A program made the translations under genes and the position numbers. DNA of 64,000 nucleotides, from the IMG/VR virus record IMGVR_UViG_3300045988_154481. The stretch is one strand, 5' to 3'. The first letter of the stretch is position 1; each line of letters opens with the position of its first letter. Origin of the DNA: a virus. The notes beneath the pieces were generated by a model. It was not told the origin of the DNA and searched no databases. It was given only the letters and a program-made list of their open reading frames with translations. Positions 19,341-28,276 of the stretch are shown here, one piece after another.

Positions 19341-20269
19341 CTCTTCGAATATTTTTGCAGTATTGCAGAATAACTACAAGATATGAAGATTCGATTCAAC
19401 AACAAAAAGAAATACTGGTATAAACCAGGGAGAGGATAATAAGTCAAAATCCTGCATTCTTAAGCCGTGTCTCTAATGAGAATTGTAGTTGTAGTATAAT
19501 GGTGGTAAAGGCTAGAGGAAGCTACAACGAAGGCCAACATGATGTGTCTAGATACTTATTATTTTAACAAAGGGCTATATTACCGTATCCAAACCAGAGC
19601 CCTTGAGGCTAAAGGGAGCCATGGATTTTACCATGAGGAAGCTCAAAGCCAACAGTCCACGATATAATGTCTAGAGCGCTGTTAGGGATACACTAATTAG
19701 AGAGGAAGGTCAGACTGGTGTATAGTCGCATATAGAGTATGGCACAGACGAGAGATCTGAATAATAGCCCATTACTAGCACACTCTAATTTTGTAGGCTT
19801 TCAGGCTTAAGTAAAAGACCAAGTGAATCTGTTTAACATCACTAATATCTTAGATATTCTTAAAGGTAATCTTTAGTGGCCGCTGGCCCTCCGTGAGTAC
19901 AGGCTGTGTTTGAAAAGAGGAAGTATAAGAATAGGCAGATACTTGCATACTTGAGAGTCTTTACATCTCCTCAATGACTTGGTAAGAGAGGAGATTTTTA
20001 CATCCCTACACTTTCTCGTGTAGTGCAGACTATAGGAGTTTGATCGCTCCTATAGTCACCGTTTGCTTCAGAGGCTTAAGTTATACTAAGTAAATCTTGC
20101 CTGAATCTAATAAGCTGGAGTGCGAATCTATTCAATGACTTAGTAAAGAGAATAGGATTTTTATATTATATATGGAAGAAATTAAAGAGTATCAAATATT
20201 AGGAATAGGATTTTTAGCGATAGCTATTCTTGCAGGGTTAATCTTAATTCTTATGTAGTTTTTATTTTA
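19341..20269. ncRNA. Candidate large structured ncRNA (ROOL/GOLLD-like ornate RNA) immediately upstream of the tRNA cluster.
   Basis: About 930 nt with no ORF of 60 aa or more on either strand, yet not AT-poor junk. Contains many stems: ctcctc-N15-gaggag, ctataggag-N8-ctcctatag, ggccgctggcc. The motif caatgacttRgtaaaga occurs twice (19969 and 20133). Confidence 0.4.
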
Positions 20270-20342
20270 GGGCCTATAGTTAAAAGGTTTATAACGCACG
20301 ACTCATAATCCTGTATTCCTGGTTCGAGTCCAGGTAGGCCCA
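20270..20342 (+). tRNA. tRNA-Met or Ile2 (CAU)
   Basis: Perfect acceptor gggccta/taggccc; T-arm cctgg-ttcgagt-ccagg; anticodon loop ctCATaa (one mismatch in the anticodon stem). Confidence 0.65.
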
Positions 20343-20361
20343 CTAATTTAAGATATAAGCA

Positions 20362-20655
20362 ATGAATGTAGATAAAGAACATATTATAAGTTATTTCCAA
20401 GATATTATTCATATATGTGAGAAGACGACAACTAGAAATGTTTCTCATCAAATGAGTAATATTAGGATTACTTATAGTTATATTGCTGATAAAGTAAAGG
20501 AGCAATATGGAGAGAACATAGCATATAATAATCTTATGCACGTTGTAGAGCTAGCTTCTGGAGCCACAACTGGCAACATTACTCATAAAGTTGCAACTAT
20601 AAAAGGTTTATGCCGAAGATGTATTGATTTTATTAATGAATACGGATTAGAATAA
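20362..20655 (+). CDS. Hypothetical protein.
   Basis: 97-aa ORF. Confidence 0.4.
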   Translation: MNVDKEHIISYFQDIIHICEKTTTRNVSHQMSNIRITYSYIADKVKEQYGENIAYNNLMHVVELASGATTGNITHKVATIKGLCRRCIDFINEYGLE

Positions 20656-20657
20656 TC

Positions 20658-20915
20658 ATGGGATTTTTAATTTGGATAGTGGCAGGTTCAACAATTCTAT
20701 ATATTTTAACGGTAGATGATTGTGAAGATTTTTTCAGTAAAGTTTTTGTATCTATAATATATTTTAGTATTTTTGTAGCAATAGTTCTCTTTGTTAAGAG
20801 TGATGTAGTGTGTAATATACACATGGAAGCTTATGAAAAGGGGAAGCTTGAGAAAGTATATACTATAAGAGATTCTGATACAACATATAAATGGACCTAC
20901 CGTGAGAAGAATTAG
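20658..20915 (+). CDS. Small membrane protein.
   Basis: 85 aa with an N-terminal transmembrane segment. Confidence 0.4.
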   Translation: MGFLIWIVAGSTILYILTVDDCEDFFSKVFVSIIYFSIFVAIVLFVKSDVVCNIHMEAYEKGKLEKVYTIRDSDTTYKWTYREKN

Positions 20916-21261
20916 TTTTGAAACAGCTAATTTAGCTGCTGAGAAAGGATATGATGAGGACTGTGATTCTGTTTATGATATTTATGGAAATATTATAGAT
21001 ATAGACAACTATGGTTTAGGTATTATTCCTGAATATTGTTGTCCAGCTCCATATCAGGCGGAGTTACAAGAGTGGCTGAGAAACGAGCATGGAGTAAGTG
21101 TATTAGTCTATTTAGATGAAACACTATCATATATATGGACTATTACTTGTTTGCATCCTAGAGCCTCAATCATGGAATATCATCAGTCTAATGAGGTATG
21201 GTGTGGACATTATGAGGATTGCTTAGAAGCAGGCTTACAGGCAGCTTTAAAGCTATCGTAA
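20902..21261 (+). CDS. Hypothetical protein, a paralogue of 44632 and 44877.
   Basis: It shares the C-terminal motif E(D/C)CLEAG..AAL with the other two. Confidence 0.45.
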   Translation: MRRISFETANLAAEKGYDEDCDSVYDIYGNIIDIDNYGLGIIPEYCCPAPYQAELQEWLRNEHGVSVLVYLDETLSYIWTITCLHPRASIMEYHQSNEVWCGHYEDCLEAGLQAALKLS

Positions 21262-21267
21262 ATATTT

Positions 21268-21292
21268 AAAATCCTAATATGACGATATTAGG
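21268..21292 (+). promoter_or_regulatory. Conserved hairpin motif AAAATCCTAATATGACGATATTAGG (copy 2 of 2).
   Basis: Perfect palindrome cctaatat-gacg-atattagg just after a stop codon. It matches 6865..6889. Confidence 0.4.
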
Positions 21293-21484
21293 TCGCAAGT
21301 GCTCTCACTATCGGAGAAAGTAATGGTAGTTAGTAGTTATACTAGTTTAACGTGAATGAAAATAATCTATCGTTGTAGGTTTAATAGTAAAATCCAGTAA
21401 CCTAACAAAGGCAGGAAAATGCAAAAAGTGCTACAGTTTTGTGAAGAGTCAAGGATAACTTGAGAAAGCTAGTCAAAACAAGAT

Positions 21485-21569
21485 GCCGAGATGGCGAAAT
21501 GGCAGCCGCAGGGGACTTAAAATCCCCTGGTCAGTAATGGCCGTGCGGGTTCGACTCCCGCTCTCGGTA
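21485..21569 (+). tRNA. tRNA-Leu(UAA)
   Basis: Acceptor gccgaga/tctcggt; anticodon stem gggga/tcccc with loop ctTAAaa; long variable arm; T-arm gcggg-ttcgact-cccgc. Confidence 0.7.
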
Positions 21570-21754
21570 CAGCAGTTATTTGATTACGCAACTAGGACAA
21601 TAACAGCTTATGCACGAATGCGTCGTGACGATAGGCAGGTGATAGTGAGGAAGACTACCGTAGGAAATGACGGGGCAGACTGTAAAGTTCTATCCAGATA
21701 CTTACCTCCAGCAGTGGCTAAAAGAGTATCATTTTTATTGAAATATTTTAATAT

Positions 21755-21943
21755 ATGGAAATTGGAACTATTATAGCAGCTTGTATAGTTGCTTACTTTC
21801 TTCAACTTGGTATGGGTGCTGTATTGGGAACTAATCAAAATAAGTGGCTAAAGATTGGATTTATTATTCCTGGTATTGGCCTCCTTGTACAGCTCGTATA
21901 TTTATTTTATTGCATGTTCTATATAATGTTTGATGAGGAGTAA
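21755..21943 (+). CDS. Small membrane protein.
   Basis: 62 aa, hydrophobic. Confidence 0.3.
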   Translation: MEIGTIIAACIVAYFLQLGMGAVLGTNQNKWLKIGFIIPGIGLLVQLVYLFYCMFYIMFDEE

Positions 21944-22017
21944 GGCAATAAGGTGACATACAGCAATCTTTTTAAATTATTGCATTTGGGTAAATATGAA
22001 CGTCACCTACCATTGAT

Positions 22018-22091
22018 AGGAGTATGGCGCAATTGGTTAGCGCACCTCCCTGATACGGAGGGGGTTTCTGGTTCGAATCCAGATACTCCTA
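22018..22091 (+). tRNA. tRNA-Ile(GAU)
   Basis: Acceptor aggagta/tactcct; D-stem gcgc/gcgc; anticodon stem cctcc/ggagg with loop ctGATac; T-arm tctgg-ttcgaat-ccaga. Confidence 0.7.
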
Positions 22092-22105
22092 CTAATTACT
22101 TTTAT

Positions 22106-22546
22106 ATGTATAAAATCTTACTTTGTTTACTTTTAGCATTTACTACTAATTATGGATATTCCCAATTAAAGTATAATCAAATAGATATCGAAATCGGGTT
22201 AAGTAGTAGTATTGATGAGCCACATATAAACATGTTATATGTTGGGGGAACTATTTATAATGCATATTTAGAGTTTCAAACCAATGCATTCACAAAAGGA
22301 ATGGGATATAATAACATTATAGATATGAAAGCTATAAATGTTGGAGCTGCCTTTCCTATGTATCAAACTAATAAATTTTCATATATTATAACTCCTAAAA
22401 TTGGTATATGGACTACTAATCCAAATACATATTTTTGTGGAGGATTGAATTTCAGTGTAGTATATAAGTTTATACGAATGTCTTTGCTTACAACATTTGT
22501 AAGAAGTGAGCAATTTATAGGAATTGGCTTAGGAGTTTCATTATAA
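22106..22546 (+). CDS. Secreted or outer-membrane-like protein (signal peptide).
   Basis: The MYKILLCLLLAFTTNYGYSQ start lies after the tRNA. The ORF-track start at 21953 overlaps tRNA-Ile. Confidence 0.4.
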   Translation: MYKILLCLLLAFTTNYGYSQLKYNQIDIEIGLSSSIDEPHINMLYVGGTIYNAYLEFQTNAFTKGMGYNNIIDMKAINVGAAFPMYQTNKFSYIITPKIGIWTTNPNTYFCGGLNFSVVYKFIRMSLLTTFVRSEQFIGIGLGVSL

Positions 22547-22562
22547 GTCCAATTGGGGTGTG

Positions 22563-22637
22563 GTGTAGTGGCGGCACGTTGGATTTTGATTCCAAAAGCA
22601 TCCGTAGGTTCGATTCCTACCACCCCAACAATAATTA
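22563..22637 (+). tRNA. tRNA-Gln(UUG), with an 8-nt variable region
   Basis: Acceptor tggggtg/cacccca; anticodon stem ttgga/tccaa with loop ttTTGat; T-arm gtagg-ttcgatt-cctac. Confidence 0.6.
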
Positions 22638-22837
22638 AAACAACAGTTATGATTTGGTATATTATTTTAGTAATTTTTATCATCTATCTTTTGGTAGTTT
22701 CAGGAATTATGTTTTTCTTTGCAACTAAGTTCGGATTGGTAAATACTATTGTTCAATGGGAAAAGGAAGATACTTTTTATATCTTTTGCCCCATTGTGCA
22801 TTTATTTACATTGTATTATTTCTGGACTCTCAAATAG

Positions 22838-22911
22838 GACGCCTTGCCTGAATTGGTTAAAGGAGCTGCCTGCAAAGCAGTTTTGTGTGGGTTCGAGCCC
22901 TACAGGCGTCT
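22838..22911 (+). tRNA. tRNA-Cys(GCA)
   Basis: Acceptor gacgcct/aggcgtc; anticodon stem gctgc/gcagt with loop ctGCAaa; T-arm gtggg-ttcgagc-cctac. Confidence 0.65.
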
Positions 22912-22928
22912 CATTATAAATTTACATT

Positions 22929-22967
22929 GCGGGGTAGAGCAGAGGCCAGCTCGCCAGCCTCATAACG
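22929..22967 (+). pseudogene. 5' half of a tRNA-Met-like gene (gcggggtagagcag...ctcataa) lacking a T-arm and 3' acceptor.
   Basis: Initiator-like 5' sequence with a CTCATAA loop, but no complementary 3' half downstream. Confidence 0.4.
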
Positions 22968-23066
22968 GACTTATGTCTAAGATGAAGCTTGTCTATTTAT
23001 TTATACGAACCTTTGTAAAGTTCGAAATTTTTTATATATTTGTAGTATAAATTAATAATTAATACT

Positions 23067-23714
23067 ATGAATAAATACTCAAAACAAGAACTAGAAACGT
23101 ATATTTTAAAGGATAAACTTTCATATGCAGCAATTGGAGGCATTTATGGAGTAACTGGAGCGGCAATAAAGAAAGCCGCTTTAAGGTATGGAATTATATT
23201 ACCTAAAAAGAGAACCATAAATGCGAAAGAGAACTTTAGTCACAAAGGGAAATCTAAAGTAGACTCTTTTTCAGATTCAGAATTTATAGAAATTATTTCT
23301 AGTAACATTGGTTGAAAAAATATTGGATCTGCGTTGGGATATACTAACCGCCCATCAAGTGATGTTGTTTCAAATATAAAAAGTAGATGCTCGAAGTTAG
23401 GTATTGAGCCTATTATTGAACAACCTTCTCCAATACTATTTAAAACTAAGGGAGAATTATTATCTTCTAGAAAAAATTACCAAAGTTATAGAAGTTCTAT
23501 TAGAAAACATGCTGAGTTAACTTATTTTAGATCGACTAAGGTTAAAAAATGTGCAATATGTGGATATGATAAACATATAGAAATTGCACATATTAAATCA
23601 GTAGCAGAGTTTGATGATTCTGTAACAATTGCTGAAATCAATTCCATTGATAATCTCATAGCTTTATGCCCTAACCATCATTGAGAATACGATAATGGAT
23701 TGATTACGATATAA
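23067..23714 (+). CDS. HNH homing endonuclease with an N-terminal HTH (two in-frame TGA).
   Basis: ORFs 23067..23315 and 23334..23684 join through a TGA at 23316. The C-terminus reads LCPNHH-W-EYDNGLITI through a second TGA, then stops at TAA at 23712. Confidence 0.75.
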
Positions 23715-23747
23715 GCTGGAGGTCGGAGGTTCGAATCCTCCTCCCGC
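23715..23747 (+). pseudogene. Isolated tRNA 3' half (T-arm ggagg-ttcgaat-cctcc plus acceptor 3' strand tcccgct).
   Basis: There is no complementary 5' acceptor within 90 nt upstream; that sequence is the HNH coding region. Confidence 0.35.
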
Positions 23748-23753
23748 TACTAA

Positions 23754-23838
23754 TTGCGGAGTGTAGTGCGCATGGTAATTGGGTAACCAGCTAGGGTCGC
23801 ATAACCCTAGAGATTCAGGTTCGAATCCTGACTCCGCT
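23754..23838 (+). tRNA. tRNA-like gene, class II length (85 nt), identity unclear.
   Basis: Acceptor gcggagt/actccgc; T-arm tcagg-ttcgaat-cctga; long hairpin ctaggg-tcgcataa-ccctag as a variable arm or anticodon arm. The D and anticodon arms do not fold cleanly by hand. Confidence 0.35.
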
Positions 23839-23916
23839 ACTAATATAAGGTGTCAAACAGCAAACTTTTACAATCGAATGACTTTTAATCATTAAATGAT
23901 GTAGGGATACCTTTCT

Positions 23917-23990
23917 GGAGCATATGGTGTAATTGGCTAACATATCGCCCTGTCACGGCGAAGTTCGGGGTTCGAATCCCCTATGTTCCG
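23917..23990 (+). tRNA. tRNA-Asp(GUC)
   Basis: Acceptor ggagcat/atgttcc (one GU pair); anticodon stem tcgcc/ggcga with loop ctGTCac; T-arm with loop ttcgaat. Confidence 0.6.
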
Positions 23991-24004
23991 CAAAATTATA
24001 ATTT

Positions 24005-24391
24005 ATGGATGTAAAATGGTTATCTGATAAGTCTTTTGTAGTTAAGGGTACTACATATACTGTACAGGTTCCTGTTACTTTAGAGGAAGCTTTGGAAGAG
24101 GTACAAACTGCACTTTCCGAGATAAAAAAGAAAAAGGAGTATTATAAAGGTTTATTGGAAAAACTAAATTTTTCTGATTCTTTTTTGAATAAAGCTCCTA
24201 TCAAAGTAATAGTAGATAAAATTAAAATTGAGGAAGATACATATAAAATGTTATTCTTTCTTAATGAAGAAGAATATAAATATACCTTACATTTAAAAAT
24301 CATTTTAAGAGTACTTGATTTTGTTAACCTAGCATATCATGAACTTGACTATAAAATGAGGTATAAATTAATTCCTGAAGATTTAGACTAA
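24005..24391 (+). CDS. Hypothetical protein.
   Basis: 128-aa ORF. Confidence 0.4.
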   Translation: MDVKWLSDKSFVVKGTTYTVQVPVTLEEALEEVQTALSEIKKKKEYYKGLLEKLNFSDSFLNKAPIKVIVDKIKIEEDTYKMLFFLNEEEYKYTLHLKIILRVLDFVNLAYHELDYKMRYKLIPEDLD

Positions 24392-24459
24392 ATGATAGGT
24401 GCTGATCCTTTATAAATGTGAAAGGCTCTCAAGATATATCTAAATAATAGGAATGATTC

Positions 24460-24548
24460 GGAGGGTTGTCAGAGTTGGTTTATTGTGTCACTCTTGAAAA
24501 GTGATGTACGTGATGAGCGTACCAGGGGTTCGAATCCCTTACCCTCCG
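24460..24548 (+). tRNA. tRNA-Ser(UGA)
   Basis: Acceptor ggagggt/accctcc; anticodon stem tcact/agtga with loop ctTGAaa; long variable arm; T-loop ttcgaat. Confidence 0.7.
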
Positions 24549-24622
24549 CTTTGCGGTAGTAGTTCTTTGTGAAATTCTCTGCGGTATACAGTAAGTGGAA
24601 GCATAAAAGAATTTCACTTTAA

Positions 24623-24694
24623 GCACCTTTGGTGTAATTGGTAACACGATGGTCTCCAAAACCATAGTTTAGAGTTCAAGTCTTTAAGGGTGTG
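24623..24694 (+). tRNA. tRNA-Trp(CCA)
   Basis: Acceptor gcacctt/agggtgt; D-stem gtgt/acac; anticodon stem atggt/accat with loop ctCCAaa; T-arm tagag-ttcaagt-cttta. Confidence 0.65.
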
Positions 24695-24749
24695 CATAGT
24701 TTTATTATTGTTTATTACAAAGTCTCTTCAGCAAATATTATCAATAGGG

Positions 24750-24795
24750 GATTGTAGATCACGGGTTCAAATCCCGTTTATTAGCATAGCTCTAA
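24750..24795 (+). pseudogene. tRNA-like remnant (T-arm acggg-ttcaaat-cccgt without a proper acceptor or D-arm).
   Basis: Only the T-arm is recognisable. It might fold as a D-armless minimal tRNA. Confidence 0.25.
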
Positions 24796-24847
24796 TAATA
24801 GCTCAGTCAGGTAAAGCAACAATATGATATAAATGAGACTTTTTTAT

Positions 24848-24920
24848 CGGGATGTAGCACAGTTGGTAGCGCGCATGCTTTGGGAGCATGAGGCCGCAGG
24901 TTCGAGCCCTGTCATCCCGA
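24848..24920 (+). tRNA. tRNA-Pro(UGG)
   Basis: Acceptor cgggatg/catcccg; anticodon stem catgc/gcatg with loop ttTGGga; T-arm gcagg-ttcgagc-cctgt. Confidence 0.7.
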
Positions 24921-24936
24921 CTATTTCAAACATAAT

Positions 24937-25497
24937 ATGAATAAAATAGATAAGTATTTAAGAAGATTTGCTTATAAGATTGTAACCTCCGAAAGCAAGC
25001 AATCTAGGTATTACACTATTGGTGAGTTAATTGTTAGAGTATCAGATCACATAGGTAGAAATTCTGATGGTGACATATCAATTATCATTGATAGAGAGAA
25101 CTATATATTATATGTTCCAACTACTAATAAAGTAAGTCTTATTCCTTATGAAGATTGTAAGGCTTTGATTAAAGGAATTGTTCTACATGCTTCTTTATTT
25201 TTAACTGGGGATCCTCAATTTCAAAAATCACTGATTAAGGAAAATAGAGCATTAGAAATGCAAGTCCAAACATTAAAGCAGGAATTAAATGATTTGAAAA
25301 CTAGTTCTATAGGTAAACATACTAGTAATACTCCCTTGGTGACTATAAAAACTTTGTTAAATAAATTGACAAAGGGGCAAAAGAAAAGAATTAAGTCTGT
25401 ATATGGGTCTGATTGTTTCTCTAGTATGACTGAGGAACAACTTAGAACAATTTGGAAAAATCCAGAAATTCAAAAATATGTCCAACAAAATAATTAG
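24937..25497 (+). CDS. Hypothetical protein.
   Basis: 186-aa ORF with a coiled-coil segment. Confidence 0.45.
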   Translation: MNKIDKYLRRFAYKIVTSESKQSRYYTIGELIVRVSDHIGRNSDGDISIIIDRENYILYVPTTNKVSLIPYEDCKALIKGIVLHASLFLTGDPQFQKSLIKENRALEMQVQTLKQELNDLKTSSIGKHTSNTPLVTIKTLLNKLTKGQKKRIKSVYGSDCFSSMTEEQLRTIWKNPEIQKYVQQNN

Positions 25498-26284
25498 TAT
25501 GAAATTAAATGTATTACTCGCAAAACTGGAGCAGGGTGCTTCTCAGTTTAAAGCTCTCCTTCGAGATTATACAACCTTCTTTAAGAAGGAGTCAGACAAC
25601 TTTCGAGGGGTTAAAAACACCTACGAACCTCGTCCTGACACTGTAGATCTTCCCAGTGAACGTAAACTCATTGCGGTTGTAACAACTGTAGATGAGAAAT
25701 TTGACTATTTCACTAATATGGTAAAAAGCTATATCAGTGAGATGTTTAATTGTGAAGCAACTAATGCATCGGGAACTGCTCGTGCAGATCTGGTTGTGGA
25801 TGGTAATGTAATTGCTAATCTGAGCAGTCTAGAGCTTCTTAAGCTCAAGTCATTTCTGGAAAATCCTCAGCTTCATGAGATGTTCCAGAACATTCCCGTT
25901 CGTAAAGATTCTGAGATCTGGGAACCATGTACTGAAGAAATGTATGCAGGTCGAGCAATTATGCAGTCTCCCCTTCTGAAAGGTACTAAAAAGTCTATCA
26001 CTAAGACTCAGTACATTTTGGAAGATCCGAATGTTCAGAAGCTCGGCAATGCAACTCACTATCAGCCCCAAATTGCAGTAAAAGATACTGTGATGGAACT
26101 TGGTGATTATACCATGCAGCGTTTCTCTGGTGAATGGACCCCTCGTCAGCGAGCATTAGCTCTTCAGCGTAGAAGTACTCTTCTGTCAGCAACTATTGCT
26201 GCACTGAAAGTAGCAAATGAGGTAGAAGCAGTAAAATCCAATCTGGATTCAGAATGGCTGCTGAACTATCTCCAAGGTAGGTAA
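25478..26284 (+). CDS. Hypothetical protein.
   Basis: 268-aa ORF. Confidence 0.45.
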   Translation: MSNKIISMKLNVLLAKLEQGASQFKALLRDYTTFFKKESDNFRGVKNTYEPRPDTVDLPSERKLIAVVTTVDEKFDYFTNMVKSYISEMFNCEATNASGTARADLVVDGNVIANLSSLELLKLKSFLENPQLHEMFQNIPVRKDSEIWEPCTEEMYAGRAIMQSPLLKGTKKSITKTQYILEDPNVQKLGNATHYQPQIAVKDTVMELGDYTMQRFSGEWTPRQRALALQRRSTLLSATIAALKVANEVEAVKSNLDSEWLLNYLQGR

Positions 26285-26452
26285 TAAAACAAACAAAATA
26301 TTTGACGATAGACTTAGCTTCAGACTTAGACTAAGTAGCAAAGAGCTGTAATATCCTAGATAAATTACAAGGAGCTACATAAGATTTAGTGTCGCGTCAA
26401 AAGCTTTAGTCTCAAGTTAATAAGGATGTGCTAATTCACTAATAAAAAAATC

Positions 26453-26520
26453 ATAAGACTGGGGGTTCGAGTCCCCCATTCGCCGCTAATTAAATCACTA
26501 TATGGCGAATTGGAGAAATG
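26453..26520 (+). pseudogene. Apparently permuted tRNA pieces: a 3' half (ggggg-ttcgagt-ccccc-attcgcc-g) followed 16 nt later by a matching 5' half (ggcgaat-tg-gag-aaatggttaa-ctc).
   Basis: The 5' acceptor GGCGAAT is the exact complement of the upstream 3' strand ATTCGCC, but lies downstream of it. There is no anticodon arm between them. Confidence 0.35.
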
Positions 26521-26643
26521 GTTAACTCGTATGAATACAATAAGTTAAAGTGAGTTAGATGCACATTATCGTACAATATTTAAGAATACTGTAATTCATC
26601 AATGAAGGGGAAGTAAGCGGGCCATGCTTGCTTCTCCATTTTA

Positions 26644-26724
26644 TGGCCCTGTAAGCAAAGTGGTAAAGCTGCTTATATATTCTAGGTTCATAAGTGTGTG
26701 GAGGTTCGAGTCCTTCCATGGCCA
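26644..26724 (+). tRNA. tRNA-like gene (81 nt), anticodon region irregular.
   Basis: Acceptor ggccctg/catggcc (one mismatch); D-stem agc/gct; T-arm ggagg-ttcgagt-ccttc. A candidate anticodon stem gctta/taagt would enclose a 16-nt loop. Confidence 0.3.
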
Positions 26725-26843
26725 CAAATTCTTTACAGTTTTACAATGAATAGGTAACATACAGCAAAGTAAATGGTTTAAGCAAAATTTCTCTTTTAAT
26801 TTAGCGAAAAGGTTCAAGTCCTTATTGTTACCTAGTTTTAGGA

Positions 26844-26930
26844 GCGGGTATGGCGCAATTGGTAGCGCAGATCACTTTTAATGATAAGGGAGCCGAAAGG
26901 CCGTTCAGGGTTCAAGTCCCTGTGCCCGCA
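26844..26930 (+). tRNA. tRNA with anticodon UUU (Lys-type loop ctTTTaa) but a 19-nt variable arm carrying a GAAA tetraloop. It is an atypical class-II-like tRNA.
   Basis: Acceptor gcgggta/tgcccgc; perfect D-stem gcgc/gcgc; anticodon stem gatca/tgata; variable arm agggagccgaaaggccgtt; T-arm caggg-ttcaagt-ccctg. The arm lengths sum to 87 nt. Confidence 0.5.
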
Positions 26931-26949
26931 CAAGTAAAATATATGTTAA

Positions 26950-27567
26950 ATGAGTAGAAAATACACTAAAGAAGAAATAATAAAATGCGTAGAAGGTTCT
27001 AAAACACCTTCTGAATGTTTATTGAAGCTAGGAGTTGCTCCTATTGGAGGAAATTATCCAATGTTGTATAATTTACTAAAATGATATAATATTTCAGTAC
27101 CTTTTAGAATTGGAGCAACTAGGGTTAAAAGTAATTTAAAAAAGAAGTTGATTAATGATAGAGGACATAAATGTGAAATGTGTTTAAATACAGAATGATT
27201 AGAAGATCCTATTCCTTTAGAGCTACATCACATTGATGGAAATCCAGATAACAATGTGGATTCTAATTTAATGCTTCTTTGTCCTAATTGTCATGCTAAA
27301 ACAGATAACTATAAAAGCAAAAATCGGCAAATCAATAAGAAAACCTATGCATGTTCAGAATGTGGTAAAGTTCTAAATTCCGCTTCCATGACTGGATTAT
27401 GTATAACTTGTTTACGTAAATCTTTAAAGAATCCTGTACGACCTTCTAAAGAAGAATTAGAGGAACTTCTAAAGACTAATTCTAAAACAGCACTAGGTAA
27501 GAAGTTTGGAGTTAGTGGCAGAACTATTCTTAAATGATATCGGCAGGATCACGGCATGGATGATTAA
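26950..27567 (+). CDS. HNH homing endonuclease (four in-frame TGA).
   Basis: Manual translation gives CEMCLNTE-W-LEDPIPLELHHIDGNPDNN...LMLLCPNCHAKTDN and the end ...ILK-W-YRQDHGMDD*. The ORF track shows only the 27256..27537 fragment. Confidence 0.8.
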
Positions 27568-27660
27568 TCTTGCATATGTAAAATAAAGTTATTATCTTTG
27601 TAAACACAAGGTTACTTCAGCAAGCTTCTTCTACTGAATTGTATTTTGTTGAACAGCGAT

Positions 27661-27685
27661 CTGGGTTCGAGTCCCAGTTATAGGA
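27661..27685 (+). pseudogene. Isolated tRNA 3' half (ctggg-ttcgagt-cccag-ttatagg-a).
   Basis: No complementary 5' acceptor upstream. Confidence 0.3.
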
Positions 27686-27747
27686 AACTTCAGGGCTGAG
27701 AAGTACTATAGTCGTCTAATGGTAGGATGTAAATTAGAGTAACCTAG

Positions 27748-27820
27748 CCCACTTTGGGAGTATGGCGCAATGGCTAACGCAATCGGCTGTTAACCGATAG
27801 ATTCCAAGTTCGAATCTTGG
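27748..27820 (+). tRNA. tRNA-Asn(GUU)
   Basis: Acceptor gggagta/tgctccc; anticodon stem atcgg/ccgat with loop ctGTTaa; T-arm ccaag-ttcgaat-cttgg. Confidence 0.7.
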
Positions 27821-27844
27821 TGCTCCCGCTTAAAAAGAATAAAA

Positions 27845-28276
27845 ATGACTACTAAACAATTAGGAAATATAGGTGAGGCGAAAGCTCTTGCTAAATTTGT
27901 TGAACTTCAGATACCTGTATATATTCCATTTGGAGATAATGAAAAGTCAGATTTAATTGCTGACTTTAATGGAAAATTAAATAAAGTCCAGGTAAAAACC
28001 TCTGAAGAGTGAATTGATTCAGAGAAATTTGTTATTAGCCTGGTTAGTTCAACAATGCACAGGAACTCTGGGGAGAAGCACAAATATACTCATGAAGAAA
28101 TAGATTATTTTGCGTGCTATAACCTACAAAGTAATGTATTATTTTTATTACCTATCGAAGTTGTTGAGGGACAAACTATGATTACAATAAGACACCCTTA
28201 CGTTAACGTAGGTAAAAATCAATATAAGAGAATTAATTGAGAAGATTATACTTTTGAAAAAGTATGTAAAGCATAA
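27845..28276 (+). CDS. PD-(D/E)xK-type nuclease-like protein (one in-frame TGA).
   Basis: GNIGEAKALAKFVELQIPVYIPFGDNEKSDLIADFNGKLNKVQVKT reads as D...(D/E)xK. It continues past a TGA at 28238 to a TAA at 28274. Confidence 0.4.
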
